Sequence record: PQ724392.1
Origin: a phage
Strand: one strand, 5' to 3'
DNA: 64,000 nt
Shown here: piece by piece, positions 32,563-43,752 of the stretch
Numbering within the stretch: the first letter of the stretch is position 1
How the letters are laid out: each line of letters begins with the position of its first letter
Program-made: the position numbers and the translations under genes
Notes under the pieces: generated by a model
Seen by the model: the letters and a program-made list of their open reading frames with translations, nothing else
What the model was told of the DNA's origin: nothing
The model's database searches: none

Positions 32563-33186
32563 TTACATAAACTTAAAGAATTCTTTAAGCCCCTTAATTA
32601 CATGGACAGAATGCGCTCCGCACTCGCAAGAGATAGGAATAGCCATTTGGACCTGTGGCTTGAGAAGTTCTTCGGTTAGTGCATTTATATCATCGAGGGT
32701 AATTGCGTTGTATAGGTCCTCGATTTCGGCTTCATTTAAGTCATCAACAACGATGCGCTCGCCACCTTCCGTGATAATATATTCGATACAACAAGCAATC
32801 ATTTTACCTTTATCGCCGTCTTCAAACAACCCAGGATAACGGAATTTAATTTTAAATGCCCCGAAATCACGAATAACTTCAGACTCATCCACGATGCTTG
32901 CACGACTTATAGTCACAGGAATATCTTGTTCCTTTCCACATTCGCATACCCATGTATGTTCGACATTAACAACCCCAAGACTATTTGCCCAGAGATTAAT
33001 AAGAAGCAGCTCGGCTTCCTGTTTGTTTAACCCTTTAGCATCAGTGCATTTATTAAGCAGTTCAATTATTGCAGGTTCCATACGCTTTTCTAATTTTGCC
33101 TGAAGCAAATCTTTGTATTCGCGCAATGTAAAAGCCCTACAATTTATAGTTTTATTTTTAATTTGGACAATAAATTCATAAGTCAT
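32563..33186 (-). CDS. 26: Baseplate hub subunit gp26
   Basis: Track ORF begins at TTG 33219; the internal ATG at 33186 has an AAGGAG Shine-Dalgarno and gives 207 aa (T4 gp26 208 aa). Confidence 0.75.
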   Translation of the reverse strand: MTYEFIVQIKNKTINCRAFTLREYKDLLQAKLEKRMEPAIIELLNKCTDAKGLNKQEAELLLINLWANSLGVVNVEHTWVCECGKEQDIPVTISRASIVDESEVIRDFGAFKIKFRYPGLFEDGDKGKMIACCIEYIITEGGERIVVDDLNEAEIEDLYNAITLDDINALTEELLKPQVQMAIPISCECGAHSVHVIKGLKEFFKFM

Positions 33187-33203
33187 AATTTGCTCCTTTA
33201 CTG

Positions 33204-33215
33204 TATTTATAAATA
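33204..33215. promoter_or_regulatory. Bidirectional palindromic late promoter (TATTTATAAATA) serving divergent gp26 and gp51
   Basis: TATAAATA reads on the + strand (33208-33215, 25 nt upstream of gp51) and on the - strand (33204-33211, 18 nt upstream of the gp26 ATG at 33186). Confidence 0.55.
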
Positions 33216-33239
33216 TCAATAAAGATAAAAGGGGATTCT

Positions 33240-33992
33240 ATGGCCAATATCGTAAGATGTGAAATGCCAGACGGAGTTCATCGTTTCAAACCGTTTACAG
33301 TCGCTGATTACCGTGATTTACTGCTTGTGCGAAACGACATGAACAACAAACCCGTCGAAGAACAAAAACAATTATTAGACGAACTGTTGGAAGATTATTT
33401 TGGAGAGTATCCAAAAGCATGGAGGCCTTACATATTCCTGAAGGTATTCACTTCCTCTATCGGTAAGACAAAAGTCCCGGTAGCGTTCGAATGTCAAAAA
33501 TGTAAAAAGACAAAGCAGACTTTGTTTAATATGAGCCAAGGTCCATTGACAAATCCAACAATGGAAACCGCGGGGATAAAAATACAATTTAAGTTCCCTG
33601 AAGTAGAATATAAAGATAAGTCGGAGCTTGTTCTAAACACCATCCAGACTGTCGAAGACTCAGAACAAAAATACAATTGGGAAGACCTTCCTGAAGAAAC
33701 GAAGATGCAGGTTATTGATGCAATTGATATAGAGAGTCTCGAAGAGCTCCTTAAGAAAATGCATTCAGTTTATATTCCATTTACATATGGTTGCTGCGAA
33801 AAACACAAAACCGAATATACAGACTTGATTGATGTCTTTAAGCTTATCCTTAACCCGGATGAAGTCTTTGTATTTTATCAAATTAACCACTTACTGGTAA
33901 AGAATCAATATACACTGGATAGCATCATGCACATGATTCCTATCGAACGAGGTATTGCTTTATCGTTAGTTGAGAAGGACTTGAAGAAATGA
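33240..33992 (+). CDS. 51: Baseplate hub assembly catalyst gp51
   Basis: 250 aa (T4 249 aa); divergent from gp26 with a shared palindromic late promoter; ATGA overlap with gp27. Confidence 0.75.
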   Translation: MANIVRCEMPDGVHRFKPFTVADYRDLLLVRNDMNNKPVEEQKQLLDELLEDYFGEYPKAWRPYIFLKVFTSSIGKTKVPVAFECQKCKKTKQTLFNMSQGPLTNPTMETAGIKIQFKFPEVEYKDKSELVLNTIQTVEDSEQKYNWEDLPEETKMQVIDAIDIESLEELLKKMHSVYIPFTYGCCEKHKTEYTDLIDVFKLILNPDEVFVFYQINHLLVKNQYTLDSIMHMIPIERGIALSLVEKDLKK

Positions 33993-35158
33993 CAGCTAAA
34001 TCTATGCAGCGTGAAGGCTTTCCTAATATCAGTATACGCCTTTACGAAGATTATGATGCCTGGCTCGAACACCGTTTTGTAGAACTGGCTGCGACATTTA
34101 CAACCATGACCATGCGTGATTCCCTTTACGGAAGAAACGAAGGTCTATTGCAATTCTACGACACAAAGAACTTACATACAAAAATGAACGGTGAACAAAT
34201 TATACAAGTCTCCGTTAAGAATGCCAACTCAGACCGAACCCAATCCAGAATATATGGAAGCAAACACTTTGCAGTTTCTGTGGATTCAAAAGGCGATAAT
34301 ATAATTACAATTCAGCTGGCTCCTATTCACGAAATTGAAGACCTGAAATTTAGTCGTATGTTTTACCCGAGTGTACAGGAAACATTAGTCGAAATGACCG
34401 GGGTAATTTATCAGGATAGACCGTTGCTTTCTCCACCAATAAACGGCATAAACGTTTATGCTCCTAACGTTCCATGGTGTGATTCGATGAACCGATATAT
34501 GGAATTCATAAGGGAAGTTGGTCTGGCAGTAGAAACTGATAAATTTGTTTTTGTATGGGAAGATATTGATGGAATAAGTATCCAGGATTATGAATGGTTA
34601 ACATCACAAGAGCCAATTAATTTCGTGGTGGGTGAACCTCGATTGGTTGGTCAGTTTGTACAAAACCTCGAGACTCCATTGGCCTTCGATTTTGAATGGT
34701 TAACAAAGGCGAACCAACACACAAGAAAACCATACGAAAACGCAACCGTGTATGCACATTCATTCCTTGACAAGAACGCAACCAGAATAACTTTTGGGGA
34801 AGGACAAAACAGCATTCTGGTATCTCGTTCAGGCGGCTATTCGGATTATACATACCGAAACGGTTTCGAAGAAGCGCAACGATTAATAACCATGTCTCAA
34901 TATGATGGTTACGCGCATTGCAAAACATACGGGAACTTTGAATTAACCCCGGGTGATAAGATAAATTTCTATGACCCGAAGAACCAATTCAAATATGATT
35001 TTTACGTAGACGAAGTTATTCATGAAGTGAGTAACAATACATCAATTACAAACCTCTATATGTTTACCAATGGTAAGCCTATTGAAGTTGAAGAGCCACC
35101 AAAGGTTAAAAATGAACTTAAAACTGATTCTGCCGACGAAGAAAATACAGCTGGGTGA
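33989..35158 (+). CDS. 27: Baseplate hub subunit gp27
   Basis: 389 aa (T4 391 aa); position in the hub cluster. Confidence 0.8.
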   Translation: MTAKSMQREGFPNISIRLYEDYDAWLEHRFVELAATFTTMTMRDSLYGRNEGLLQFYDTKNLHTKMNGEQIIQVSVKNANSDRTQSRIYGSKHFAVSVDSKGDNIITIQLAPIHEIEDLKFSRMFYPSVQETLVEMTGVIYQDRPLLSPPINGINVYAPNVPWCDSMNRYMEFIREVGLAVETDKFVFVWEDIDGISIQDYEWLTSQEPINFVVGEPRLVGQFVQNLETPLAFDFEWLTKANQHTRKPYENATVYAHSFLDKNATRITFGEGQNSILVSRSGGYSDYTYRNGFEEAQRLITMSQYDGYAHCKTYGNFELTPGDKINFYDPKNQFKYDFYVDEVIHEVSNNTSITNLYMFTNGKPIEVEEPPKVKNELKTDSADEENTAG

Positions 35159-35630
35159 TAAAGAGATTCACATTCCTAAGCTGGGTCTTAAACATCACAA
35201 TCTGATTAAAAACGAACCTAACCCATACGCTGCATTAAAAAAGATTATGCAATCGATATTCCCTAATCTTACAGCAGCTGAATCCGACTTTGTATCTTTA
35301 CATCTTCTGGAATTTAATGGTAAGCTAAAAGACAAACGCGAGATTGATGGGTTTACATATAAGCTGGATGATGTTTATATCTGTCAGCGCCTTGAATTCT
35401 CTTATCAAGGAAAAACATTTAAATTCCGCTCTAATAAACCGTATGAAGAATTCGGACCAGTTGACAATCTTCTGGAGACTCTTTATCTCGGGGAAGACGT
35501 TCCAGACTTTCTGGATATGCCTGCTTTTGTTGCTAAGTGGGCAGACGATATCACAAGCACATTAGCAATCCCGGGACCGAATGGTCCTGTTAAGGGGTTA
35601 CTGAAAATAATGGAACTCCTAAATGAATAA
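35112..35630 (+). CDS. 28: Baseplate hub distal subunit gp28
   Basis: Start moved to the internal ATG at 35112 (AAGG Shine-Dalgarno), giving 172 aa (T4 177 aa); overlaps the gp27 3' end. Confidence 0.65.
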   Translation: MNLKLILPTKKIQLGDKEIHIPKLGLKHHNLIKNEPNPYAALKKIMQSIFPNLTAAESDFVSLHLLEFNGKLKDKREIDGFTYKLDDVYICQRLEFSYQGKTFKFRSNKPYEEFGPVDNLLETLYLGEDVPDFLDMPAFVAKWADDITSTLAIPGPNGPVKGLLKIMELLNE

Positions 35631-37368
35631 GAACTCCGAACAAACGAGCTTCAGACGCGGTGGACCGAATAAAAAGCTTATTGAAGAATTAGCACCACAA
35701 AGGAGGGCGGAAGCCCTCTCTGCCGAACAGAATGACGAACTATCGAATCTGAATACAACTCTTACAAATACTCAGGCCGCAACCGAACTTGTGTCGGAAG
35801 CTATTGAGGATAAGGGTAATCAGATTATCGAGAATATCCAAACCAATAATGGAGTCCTCCAGGATATCAGTGCTGGGGTCGAACTGACGGCCGAAGCCAC
35901 CGAGAAGACTCAACAAGGGATTAAAAACCTCACGGATATTCTCTCGGATAAACTCGACAAACTCAGTGCAATGATAAGTGGTAAACTAGGTGTCACGTCT
36001 CCTGTGGCTGGTTCTGAAAGCCTTAAACCTGTGGAGGATGCATTACCAGAGCCTGAAGAGAATAAGCCCACAGCGAGCGTTCCAGAGCTCATACCACCTG
36101 AAGAACAAAAGCCAGACGCAGACTTCATTCCAGAACCAGAACAACCAAAAAACGATGCAGAAGGCAAAGAGACTAATACCTGGTCACTTGGCGATAAGCT
36201 TGACACCCTTTCGAAGATAACCGAAAAAGGATTTAAGGCATCGATTTCTGTTGCTGACCGAATCTCCGGGATGTTGTTCAAATACACAATTACGGCCGCT
36301 GCTGAAGCAGCCAAGCTTATTGGTGGATTATTGCTGTTGGTATTTGGTATCGATGCGATACGAGTTTATTTTCAATATTTCATGAAGCAATTCGAAAAAG
36401 GATGGGCCGAATTTAATGACAAGTTCAAAGAATGGGGACCGTTACTCGAAGGACTAATGACTTGGGCTAAGAATGCTGAAGCGATGTTTAGTGAAAGGAA
36501 CTGGTTGGGATTAGCTGAAGCTATTATCCGTGGGATGGTTAACTTAACGAAGAACATGGCTCAACTTCTTATGCTTGGGATTTCGAAACTGATTTCAGCT
36601 ATCTTAAGCAAAATCCCTGGGATGGGCGATTTAGCGGATAATGTGGAAGCTTCGGCTTTGATGTCTTATCAGCAAAATACAGGGGCAACTCTGGATGATG
36701 AAGACCAAACCAAGATAGCAAAATATCATGACAAACGTTCGGCTGAAGCAATGAAAGCTGCAGAGAAGATGAATAAGAAGTATAAGGATAAACCTGAACT
36801 AATTAATCAAGCCGAAAAATATGGTAACCTTACCAAGGAACAAGCTGACCAACTTCGCGCGGGTGGTATTGACACAAGCTTCAGAGACCTTCCAGAAGAA
36901 GAACGTCTGGACTATTTCAAGAAGCGTGACAAAGCACAGGCTGATATTATTCGTTTGACCCAAACTGCTGACAACCTAATGAAGCCGGATGCGACCGATA
37001 AAAAGAATGCGCTGGAAATGAGAGCTAACATTGAAAAACAATTAGCTGACCCTGCTATGGCAAAAGGTGGAGCTCCGAAAGACTTGAATATGCGTGCTCT
37101 CCTGGAAAAACTTGATAAGTCTCTTGAGAAGTTCAAAGATGAACCGAAGGTTAAACCACCAGACATTAAGACTTCTCCAGATGCACAACAAGCTGCGAAG
37201 GTCGATGAAGGCATGAAGGCCAAAGAAAATAAATACAAGGATGCGCCGGCTCAGGCTCAAATTAACACGGTCAATAATATTCAGAAGACTTCCAGGACGC
37301 AATACAATATGCCTCCCCAAAGTTCAACCCCTGCCCCTGGCATGAGACAGGCTACGAGAATTAACTAA
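35623..37368 (+). CDS. 29: Baseplate hub subunit / tail length determinator gp29
   Basis: 581 aa (T4 590 aa); ATGAATAA overlap with gp28; P/E-rich linker and coiled-coil-rich composition. Confidence 0.8.
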   Translation: MNKNSEQTSFRRGGPNKKLIEELAPQRRAEALSAEQNDELSNLNTTLTNTQAATELVSEAIEDKGNQIIENIQTNNGVLQDISAGVELTAEATEKTQQGIKNLTDILSDKLDKLSAMISGKLGVTSPVAGSESLKPVEDALPEPEENKPTASVPELIPPEEQKPDADFIPEPEQPKNDAEGKETNTWSLGDKLDTLSKITEKGFKASISVADRISGMLFKYTITAAAEAAKLIGGLLLLVFGIDAIRVYFQYFMKQFEKGWAEFNDKFKEWGPLLEGLMTWAKNAEAMFSERNWLGLAEAIIRGMVNLTKNMAQLLMLGISKLISAILSKIPGMGDLADNVEASALMSYQQNTGATLDDEDQTKIAKYHDKRSAEAMKAAEKMNKKYKDKPELINQAEKYGNLTKEQADQLRAGGIDTSFRDLPEEERLDYFKKRDKAQADIIRLTQTADNLMKPDATDKKNALEMRANIEKQLADPAMAKGGAPKDLNMRALLEKLDKSLEKFKDEPKVKPPDIKTSPDAQQAAKVDEGMKAKENKYKDAPAQAQINTVNNIQKTSRTQYNMPPQSSTPAPGMRQATRIN

Positions 37369-37376
37369 GGAATAAT

Positions 37377-38471
37377 ATGAAAGTAAAAGAACTCGATATT
37401 GATATTGCGGGTTTGTTTAACGGAGGTTCTAAGACCTCCGCGGGGCAGTCAAAAGCTGCCCCGACTCAAGCTACTATTGTGGCGCAATATCCAGCAGAAC
37501 GAGCTTCCGGTAATGATTCTTCAGATGATATGCGAGTTAATGACCTTTATAAAAATGGTCTGTTATTCACGGCATACAATTTCAGTTCAAGAACATCTCC
37601 GGAATTACGCTCAGATAGGTCAAGCCAATTGACTTCATTAAAGAACGTTTCAAATGGTGCTTCATTTAACCCGGTTAAAAGTTTAACATCTTTTGCTAAA
37701 TCGAAATTAACCGGGGCTGGCTCAACAGGTAAAAGTTTTGATTCAAATGCTGTTGCAAATATCCTGTTGCCTCGTTCGAAGTCGGATGTAGAATCCGTGT
37801 CGCATCGATTCAATGATGTTGGTGAATCTCTTATTACGAAAGGGGGTGGCTCAGCCACCGGTATTCTTAGTAACATTGCATCGACTGCAGTTTTCGGCGC
37901 ACTCGAATCAGTTACAAACGGTGTAATGGCCGACCACGGTGAACAGATTTACACAACCGCACGAAGCATGTATGCTGGTCCGGATAACAGGACAAAAGTT
38001 TATACCTGGGAAATGACTCCACGTTCGGCCCAGGACTTAATCCAGATAGTGAAGATATACGAGATTTTTAACTATTACTCCTATGGGGAAACTGGTAAAA
38101 GTTCGTTTGCTTCCGAGCTGAAAGAAAAAATCGATACATGGTATAAATCCACCTTCAAAAAGGAAGCAATCGATAACTTTGACGGCAAGTTGCTCGGTGA
38201 AGAGATAACAAGCTTCCTAACGAACGTTCTGGTGGTCTCTAACCCTACTATCTGGTATATCCGCAACTTCGGTGATACAAGCTCGTACGATGGTCGTGGG
38301 GAGCTATTTGGGCCATGTCAGATTCAGAGCATAAGATTTGATAAATCTCCGGATGGTCATTTCGGCGGATTAGCTATTGCTCCTAACCTGCCATCGACTT
38401 TTGTACTTGAAATCACTTTCCGTGAAATCATTACGCTTAACCGCGGCTCGTTATATGCGGAGGGTTTCTAA
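37377..38471 (+). CDS. 48: Baseplate tail tube cap gp48
   Basis: 364 aa, same as T4 gp48. Confidence 0.8.
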   Translation: MKVKELDIDIAGLFNGGSKTSAGQSKAAPTQATIVAQYPAERASGNDSSDDMRVNDLYKNGLLFTAYNFSSRTSPELRSDRSSQLTSLKNVSNGASFNPVKSLTSFAKSKLTGAGSTGKSFDSNAVANILLPRSKSDVESVSHRFNDVGESLITKGGGSATGILSNIASTAVFGALESVTNGVMADHGEQIYTTARSMYAGPDNRTKVYTWEMTPRSAQDLIQIVKIYEIFNYYSYGETGKSSFASELKEKIDTWYKSTFKKEAIDNFDGKLLGEEITSFLTNVLVVSNPTIWYIRNFGDTSSYDGRGELFGPCQIQSIRFDKSPDGHFGGLAIAPNLPSTFVLEITFREIITLNRGSLYAEGF

Positions 38472-39430
38472 TGTTTACTTTACAAGAATTCCAAACGCAG
38501 GCGATTAATATCGACTTACAAAGGAATAACCTTTTTAGTGTGGTCTTCGCGACCACACCTTCCTCCAAATCTCAGAATCTTCTGGACCAGTTTGGCGGCG
38601 CATTATTCAGCAACCTTCCTGTTAACTCAGATTGGTTTGGTTTAACGCAAGGCGACTTAACTCAAGGGATAACAACTCTTGTTACTGCTGGGACACAAAA
38701 GCTTATTCGCAAATCAGGGATAAGCAAATATCTTATCGGGGCAATGAGTAACCGTGTTGTGCAATCATTATTGGGGGAATTCGAGGTTGGTACTTACCTG
38801 CTTGATTTCTTTAATATGGCCTATCCAACGGCTGGTCTATTGGTCCACTCTGTTAAGCTTCCGGATAACACGTTGAACTACGAAATGGACCTCAACCATA
38901 ACGCACCAAATATCAAGATAACAGGAAGAGAATATTCTCCATTGGTATTGAGCTTTAGAATGGATTCAGAGGCAGGGAACTACAGAGCATTTAACGATTG
39001 GGTTAACTCTGTGCAAGACCCAGTTACCCAGCTAAGGGCCTTGCCTGAAGACGTTGAAGCTGATATTCAGGTTAACCTTCACTCACGTAATGGATTGCCA
39101 CATACGGTTGTTATGCTAACTGGTTGTGTTCCTGTAAGTGTATCAGCGCCTGAATTGAGTTATGAAGGGGATAATCAGATAGCTACATTTGATGTTACTT
39201 TTGCTTATCGCGTTATGTCAACTGGTGCGGTGGGAAGAGCTGCTGCATTGGAATGGTTGGAAGATAAGGTCATTAAGGGTGTATCTGGTATTAGTTCAGA
39301 TAACAACTTGAACGCAGAAGTTGCCAAATTGAGTCGCTTGTCTGGTGCTCAATCTGGATTAACAAGTCTATACAATACGTTCACTGGTTCTGGGAGAACA
39401 ATCTCCGGTGGAAGTCAACGTATATTATAA
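38471..39430 (+). CDS. 54: Baseplate tail tube initiator gp54
   Basis: 319 aa (T4 320 aa); TAATG coupling with gp48; strong terminator follows. Confidence 0.8.
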   Translation: MFTLQEFQTQAINIDLQRNNLFSVVFATTPSSKSQNLLDQFGGALFSNLPVNSDWFGLTQGDLTQGITTLVTAGTQKLIRKSGISKYLIGAMSNRVVQSLLGEFEVGTYLLDFFNMAYPTAGLLVHSVKLPDNTLNYEMDLNHNAPNIKITGREYSPLVLSFRMDSEAGNYRAFNDWVNSVQDPVTQLRALPEDVEADIQVNLHSRNGLPHTVVMLTGCVPVSVSAPELSYEGDNQIATFDVTFAYRVMSTGAVGRAAALEWLEDKVIKGVSGISSDNNLNAEVAKLSRLSGAQSGLTSLYNTFTGSGRTISGGSQRIL

Positions 39431-39437
39431 AAAGAAA

Positions 39438-39459
39438 GGGACCCGAAGGTCCCTTTTTT
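39438..39459. terminator. Bidirectional terminator between gp54 and the convergent alt-downstream ORF
   Basis: GGGACCCGAAGGTCCC hairpin followed by TTTTTT, with an A-run upstream. Confidence 0.7.
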
Positions 39460-39748
39460 ATTTGCGGAATGAAATGAAACCTGCTGCAGTCATTACAGCT
39501 TCTTTCTTAGCAAAGACTGTAATTGCAATTGGCGCTTCAGATTCAAGCTGACCAGTTACTACACCATTAAAAATATTTTCTGTTTGTTCAGAATTTACAA
39601 AGTTCTCAACAGGGCGAAGGTCAAACTTCTTATCTTCACCAAATACACGGCGTAATTCATTACCCACTGCGCTGTCAAACTCTTCTGAAGCCGGGATAAC
39701 ATTCTCAACTACCAGTTCCTGACCGTTAAAGCGAAAAGATGATTTCAT
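39458..39748 (-). CDS. Hypothetical protein downstream of alt (96 aa)
   Basis: Internal ATG at 39748 has a GAGGAAA Shine-Dalgarno; position corresponds to the T4 alt.-1 region. Confidence 0.5.
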   Translation of the reverse strand: MKSSFRFNGQELVVENVIPASEEFDSAVGNELRRVFGEDKKFDLRPVENFVNSEQTENIFNGVVTGQLESEAPIAITVFAKKEAVMTAAGFISFRK

Positions 39749-39811
39749 TTTGTTTTCCTCATGTGCAATTGATATGAACATTGTATCGCACTTCCTTGTG
39801 CTTGTAAACCC

Positions 39812-41872
39812 CTATGAAAGGAATTTAGGAGGAATAGCTTCCAAATTAATACAATTAGCAAGAATACCAAGACCTTGATTGACTTTCTTCGTTACCCCAG
39901 AGGATGCAAACGATGCAAAGTCAACAGATTCTACTGGCTCTTCTGTTTCCTCGCCCTGATAAACGACAAGCTCACCAGTTTCCATCAACACATCACCATC
40001 ATAGATAACTGCATTTTCATCCAGTTGGTCCGTAGTCTGGATATCAGCTTCCAGCATTTTGACGTTCGCGTTTCCTTGATACGAAGCATCAGTAATTTTG
40101 GTAATCTTAACTACAGTCCCACGAGGAAGAATAACTTCCTGCTCGGATGGGTTGCCTGACAATTCCCCAGGAACAATTACGTTAATTAAGTCCGCTCCAG
40201 AAATTTTCCAACCAACATGCATCATTACGTGTTCGCGGCGTGCTTCCGGCATATCTGGTAAAACAATTTCGTCATCAGCCTGGAAAGATGTCCCATCACG
40301 ATAGTCCTGATGAACTGCAGCCATAGCAACGTTCGCCACCCAGCCACCAAAGATAATCGGTTTAAACGACGTTGATACATAGTTCCTGAAATAAAATAAT
40401 TTAGATTTCTTAATTTTATCAAATGTAGGAACGTTTAAATATTGACCACGCCAAAGAGTTGTATTAGGTGGCAACTTATGTCCAATTTCAAAGGCCGAAT
40501 CCAATTCCTTAATTGTTTCGACAACTCTGTCTAGATTTAGGAATTCAGCTTCTTCTTCATAATATTTGCCCATCAAATAATTATTAATATCGGCATAGTT
40601 TGCTCCACAATAATCTGCAATTGCTTCTCGCTGACCATAATGGAAACGGTTGTCAGTATACCCTGCTGTGAAATTAAGAGTATTTTCTGATGCTTCTTCA
40701 GCAAAGTCTTTAACTGCAACACGAATGGCGCTTGTGTATTCTTTTTCCCAGAGCGAGGCTGCATAAGTGGCTGCATCCACGTTAGGAGGAGCATCATTCA
40801 TTTTTCTTTCAATAAATGCGGCTTTGCGAAGGTTAAGAATCTCTGCGCATGATTCGGCAAAAATCTGCATCTGCTTCATACTACCAACTGGAGCACGTTT
40901 AAGTTCGCGATGCATACGGTTAAAAATTGGGTCAGAGTCTTCAACACGAATTTCTTCTTTCCAAACACCATTTGCTCGCATAGCCGTATCTGCTGCGCGC
41001 ATACGAGCCATAGTATTCGTTTCGGAAGGTCGAACAAAAATTTCCAGTTCTTCATAATCATCGATAAGTTCTGCCGTAGCCGGTCGACTAAACTTAGCAG
41101 CTTCTGCATCGATTTCGTCCCAACCTTCTGGCACGGAATCACTTGGAGCATACTGGGCTTGTGCAATAGCTCGGCGACTGATTTTAGTTTTCTGGGCAAC
41201 AGCAGCATCGGTCTTTTTGTTTGCTGCGTCAATCAGAATCTCGGCTGCAATTTCTTGTTTGGATACTTGTGCACCATTATCTTTATTGGTGAATACATCA
41301 CCAACTTTAGTTTCGACTTTTTTATATTTCTCAGGGACTGGTGGCATACCATCGACTGAAAGCAGGTCAACACCCCTTTTGTACATAATTACATAAGCGT
41401 TCTTTTTACCAAGGCCAGAAGCATTCGGAAGAACATGATAACGTCCGCTGGTTTTCATTTGAATCAGTCGATTCATAATACGAATAATAGCTTGGTCTTG
41501 TCCTTTCATCTTTTTGGATGGGAAACGGAACAAGACTACATCAGGTTTGCCTAGTTTAATGCTTTCCCAGACTGTAGTAAAAATCAAGTTAATTGCATCA
41601 AGAGGTTTTTCACCTAAACCACCCTTCAGAGGAACAGCATGGCCATGTGAAGTCCCGGATAACAGAAATACCTCGGCAATTGCATCACCGCGTTTATATT
41701 GTTTAACTGTTTCTTTGCCCGTGAATTGCATCAAACGGGCCATAAGAGAATTGGTCCCAGGAACACCGAATTGCCAAACCTGTGGGACCTTGTATTTTGG
41801 ATTCATATTAATGACAGGATAACCGAAGGTTTCGATATATTTGTCAAAGAGTTCATTTAATTGTTCAGACAT
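39812..41872 (-). CDS. alt: Alt-like ADP-ribosyltransferase (packaged RNA polymerase-modifying enzyme)
   Basis: 686 aa (T4 Alt 682 aa); position next to gp54 on the opposite strand as in T4; central segment ...KISRRAIAQAQ... recalls T4 Alt. Confidence 0.75.
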   Translation of the reverse strand: MSEQLNELFDKYIETFGYPVINMNPKYKVPQVWQFGVPGTNSLMARLMQFTGKETVKQYKRGDAIAEVFLLSGTSHGHAVPLKGGLGEKPLDAINLIFTTVWESIKLGKPDVVLFRFPSKKMKGQDQAIIRIMNRLIQMKTSGRYHVLPNASGLGKKNAYVIMYKRGVDLLSVDGMPPVPEKYKKVETKVGDVFTNKDNGAQVSKQEIAAEILIDAANKKTDAAVAQKTKISRRAIAQAQYAPSDSVPEGWDEIDAEAAKFSRPATAELIDDYEELEIFVRPSETNTMARMRAADTAMRANGVWKEEIRVEDSDPIFNRMHRELKRAPVGSMKQMQIFAESCAEILNLRKAAFIERKMNDAPPNVDAATYAASLWEKEYTSAIRVAVKDFAEEASENTLNFTAGYTDNRFHYGQREAIADYCGANYADINNYLMGKYYEEEAEFLNLDRVVETIKELDSAFEIGHKLPPNTTLWRGQYLNVPTFDKIKKSKLFYFRNYVSTSFKPIIFGGWVANVAMAAVHQDYRDGTSFQADDEIVLPDMPEARREHVMMHVGWKISGADLINVIVPGELSGNPSEQEVILPRGTVVKITKITDASYQGNANVKMLEADIQTTDQLDENAVIYDGDVLMETGELVVYQGEETEEPVESVDFASFASSGVTKKVNQGLGILANCINLEAIPPKFLS

Positions 41873-41906
41873 AATAGGTTCCTTATAAAATATGATGTAT
41901 TTATAC

Positions 41907-41929
41907 TAAAAAAGGGCCGAAGCCCTTTT
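41907..41929 (-). terminator. Terminator between alt and gp30
   Basis: GGGCCGAAGCCC hairpin flanked by A- and T-runs. Confidence 0.6.
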
Positions 41930-41930
41930 G

Positions 41931-43463
41931 TTATTTTAACCCGGTCTTTGACCAGTCGCCAAATACATCTTCGAATGTGTCTGCATGGTCTTTATCGAAA
42001 CGGAACCCTTTAATAATCGGCAGGAACAATGCAACCGTATTATCTTTACGAGTCTCGGAAGTCAACCAACCATTACATTCACAGTCGGCAATCATTCCAA
42101 CCAATTCACCTTTACGTGCTTTAACCATCAAGGCTTCACGGTCCATTTCATGACGCTCCTCAATCGGAATAGTAACCCATTTTTTGGTTTTCTTATCTTT
42201 GACTTGAGTTGTGTCTTTAAAACCAGAACCACAGTTATTTGTAATCTTACCACAAGAAGAACGAAGCACCACACCGCCAATCTTATTCGGGTCTTTATCG
42301 TGCTCGTAATATCCAATGATTTCCATTGCAATGTCAATTACTTCTTTGAACTTATACAGGTTCTTTGAGCGCTTGTTTTCCCAAATCGATGCCATGTTCT
42401 TAAGGATAATACCTTCAAGGCCTTCATCCACGTATTTCTTATAGATAACTTTCGCTTCATCAAGATTGTTAACAACATGGTTTTCAATCAGAATCATGCG
42501 GTCAAAACCATGCAGCACCACGTTATCTGCAATCATTTTTTCCAGAACAGCAAAACGCACATCGTATTTCAACGGATTGAGAATCTTAACATCAGAATAG
42601 ACTTCAATCAGCGGAACATAATCCCAAACCTGGAATTTCATACAAGAAGCTTCTGCTGCAGAAATAGTTCCTTTCAATGATTTGTTTGCCATACCATTTG
42701 AAAAGGTTCTTGATTCAGCAGTTTCTTTTGCAGGAGCAATCTCATCTGAATCGTCAAAAAGGAAGCCCAAACCGTCATTCTGGGGAGCTATTTTCTGTTC
42801 ATGGTATACTAACTCGCCATCAATTAAAACGCCCTCAGGATGTCTCTCACGCGCTTCACGGGTGGCTTCAATCAATTCCTTTTTAAGGAGGTCAAGCTTG
42901 AGGTACTCATTTCCGGCTCGGGATAACAATCGAACATCATCCAACTCATCGCCGCGAACTTCTGCAAAACACCGAGCGCCATCGGCTTTCAATTGTGCAA
43001 AGGCCGGGAACTTAATGTTCTTAGCAATACCAGCTTCATCATAAGAAGAAGCGAGCATCTGCGGTTGTTCAGGAATTAAACCTTTCCAAACCTTATTCGC
43101 AATCGATACAGATGCGCCACATTCCAGGTCACGCATCATCACACGCCGCAAGACTTCAACATCGGCCTTTTTACCATCTGCAATATAACCAGATAATTCC
43201 TCGATTGCCGCATTACCTGTTAATTTGCGAGAGGCTAATGTGAATTCGATAAAGTCAAGCATATCATCGATATTCAACATACCAAAGCTTTGAGTCGTTG
43301 CCCCAGGTTTTGGCCATTTCTTTATATAGAACTGGATGCCTTTGGAATATGTCAAACGATACACGCGTTTAAGGGTTTCATTATCAGAATACGATTCCAA
43401 GATAGCTTGTTTCTCTTTAGTAGAATCGGTTGCAGCAATTTCATTTAAAATATCTAAAATCAT
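41931..43463 (-). CDS. 30: ATP-dependent DNA ligase gp30
   Basis: 510 aa; near-collinear match to T4 DNA ligase, including the KADGARCF adenylation-site motif. Confidence 0.9.
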   Translation of the reverse strand: MILDILNEIAATDSTKEKQAILESYSDNETLKRVYRLTYSKGIQFYIKKWPKPGATTQSFGMLNIDDMLDFIEFTLASRKLTGNAAIEELSGYIADGKKADVEVLRRVMMRDLECGASVSIANKVWKGLIPEQPQMLASSYDEAGIAKNIKFPAFAQLKADGARCFAEVRGDELDDVRLLSRAGNEYLKLDLLKKELIEATREARERHPEGVLIDGELVYHEQKIAPQNDGLGFLFDDSDEIAPAKETAESRTFSNGMANKSLKGTISAAEASCMKFQVWDYVPLIEVYSDVKILNPLKYDVRFAVLEKMIADNVVLHGFDRMILIENHVVNNLDEAKVIYKKYVDEGLEGIILKNMASIWENKRSKNLYKFKEVIDIAMEIIGYYEHDKDPNKIGGVVLRSSCGKITNNCGSGFKDTTQVKDKKTKKWVTIPIEERHEMDREALMVKARKGELVGMIADCECNGWLTSETRKDNTVALFLPIIKGFRFDKDHADTFEDVFGDWSKTGLK

Positions 43464-43473
43464 TAATCACCTC

Positions 43474-43752
43474 TTAGTCGTTGACTCTATTATATGCCAC
43501 GTCTTCCAAAAGCAAATCCAGCCGCTTATGATAAGTGAACACAAATTTAGTTGCCCCGTCTGGTTTCATTTTGGTCATGAAGTGAATATAGATAAATCCT
43601 TGCTCAACGCATTCACGCCAAACGGGGTTATCTTTAGCCGGATTAATATCAAACGAGTAATTATGATTCACATGACGAATAAACTGATTAACATGACCGT
43701 AATCCATCGTGGTAGTTGGACCACGGTCAGAAATAGTATGAACGACAAACAT
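43474..43752 (-). CDS. Hypothetical protein (92 aa)
   Basis: Track ORF begins at TTG 43755; the ATG at 43752 overlaps the upstream stop (TGATG coupling). Confidence 0.45.
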   Translation of the reverse strand: MFVVHTISDRGPTTTMDYGHVNQFIRHVNHNYSFDINPAKDNPVWRECVEQGFIYIHFMTKMKPDGATKFVFTYHKRLDLLLEDVAYNRVND

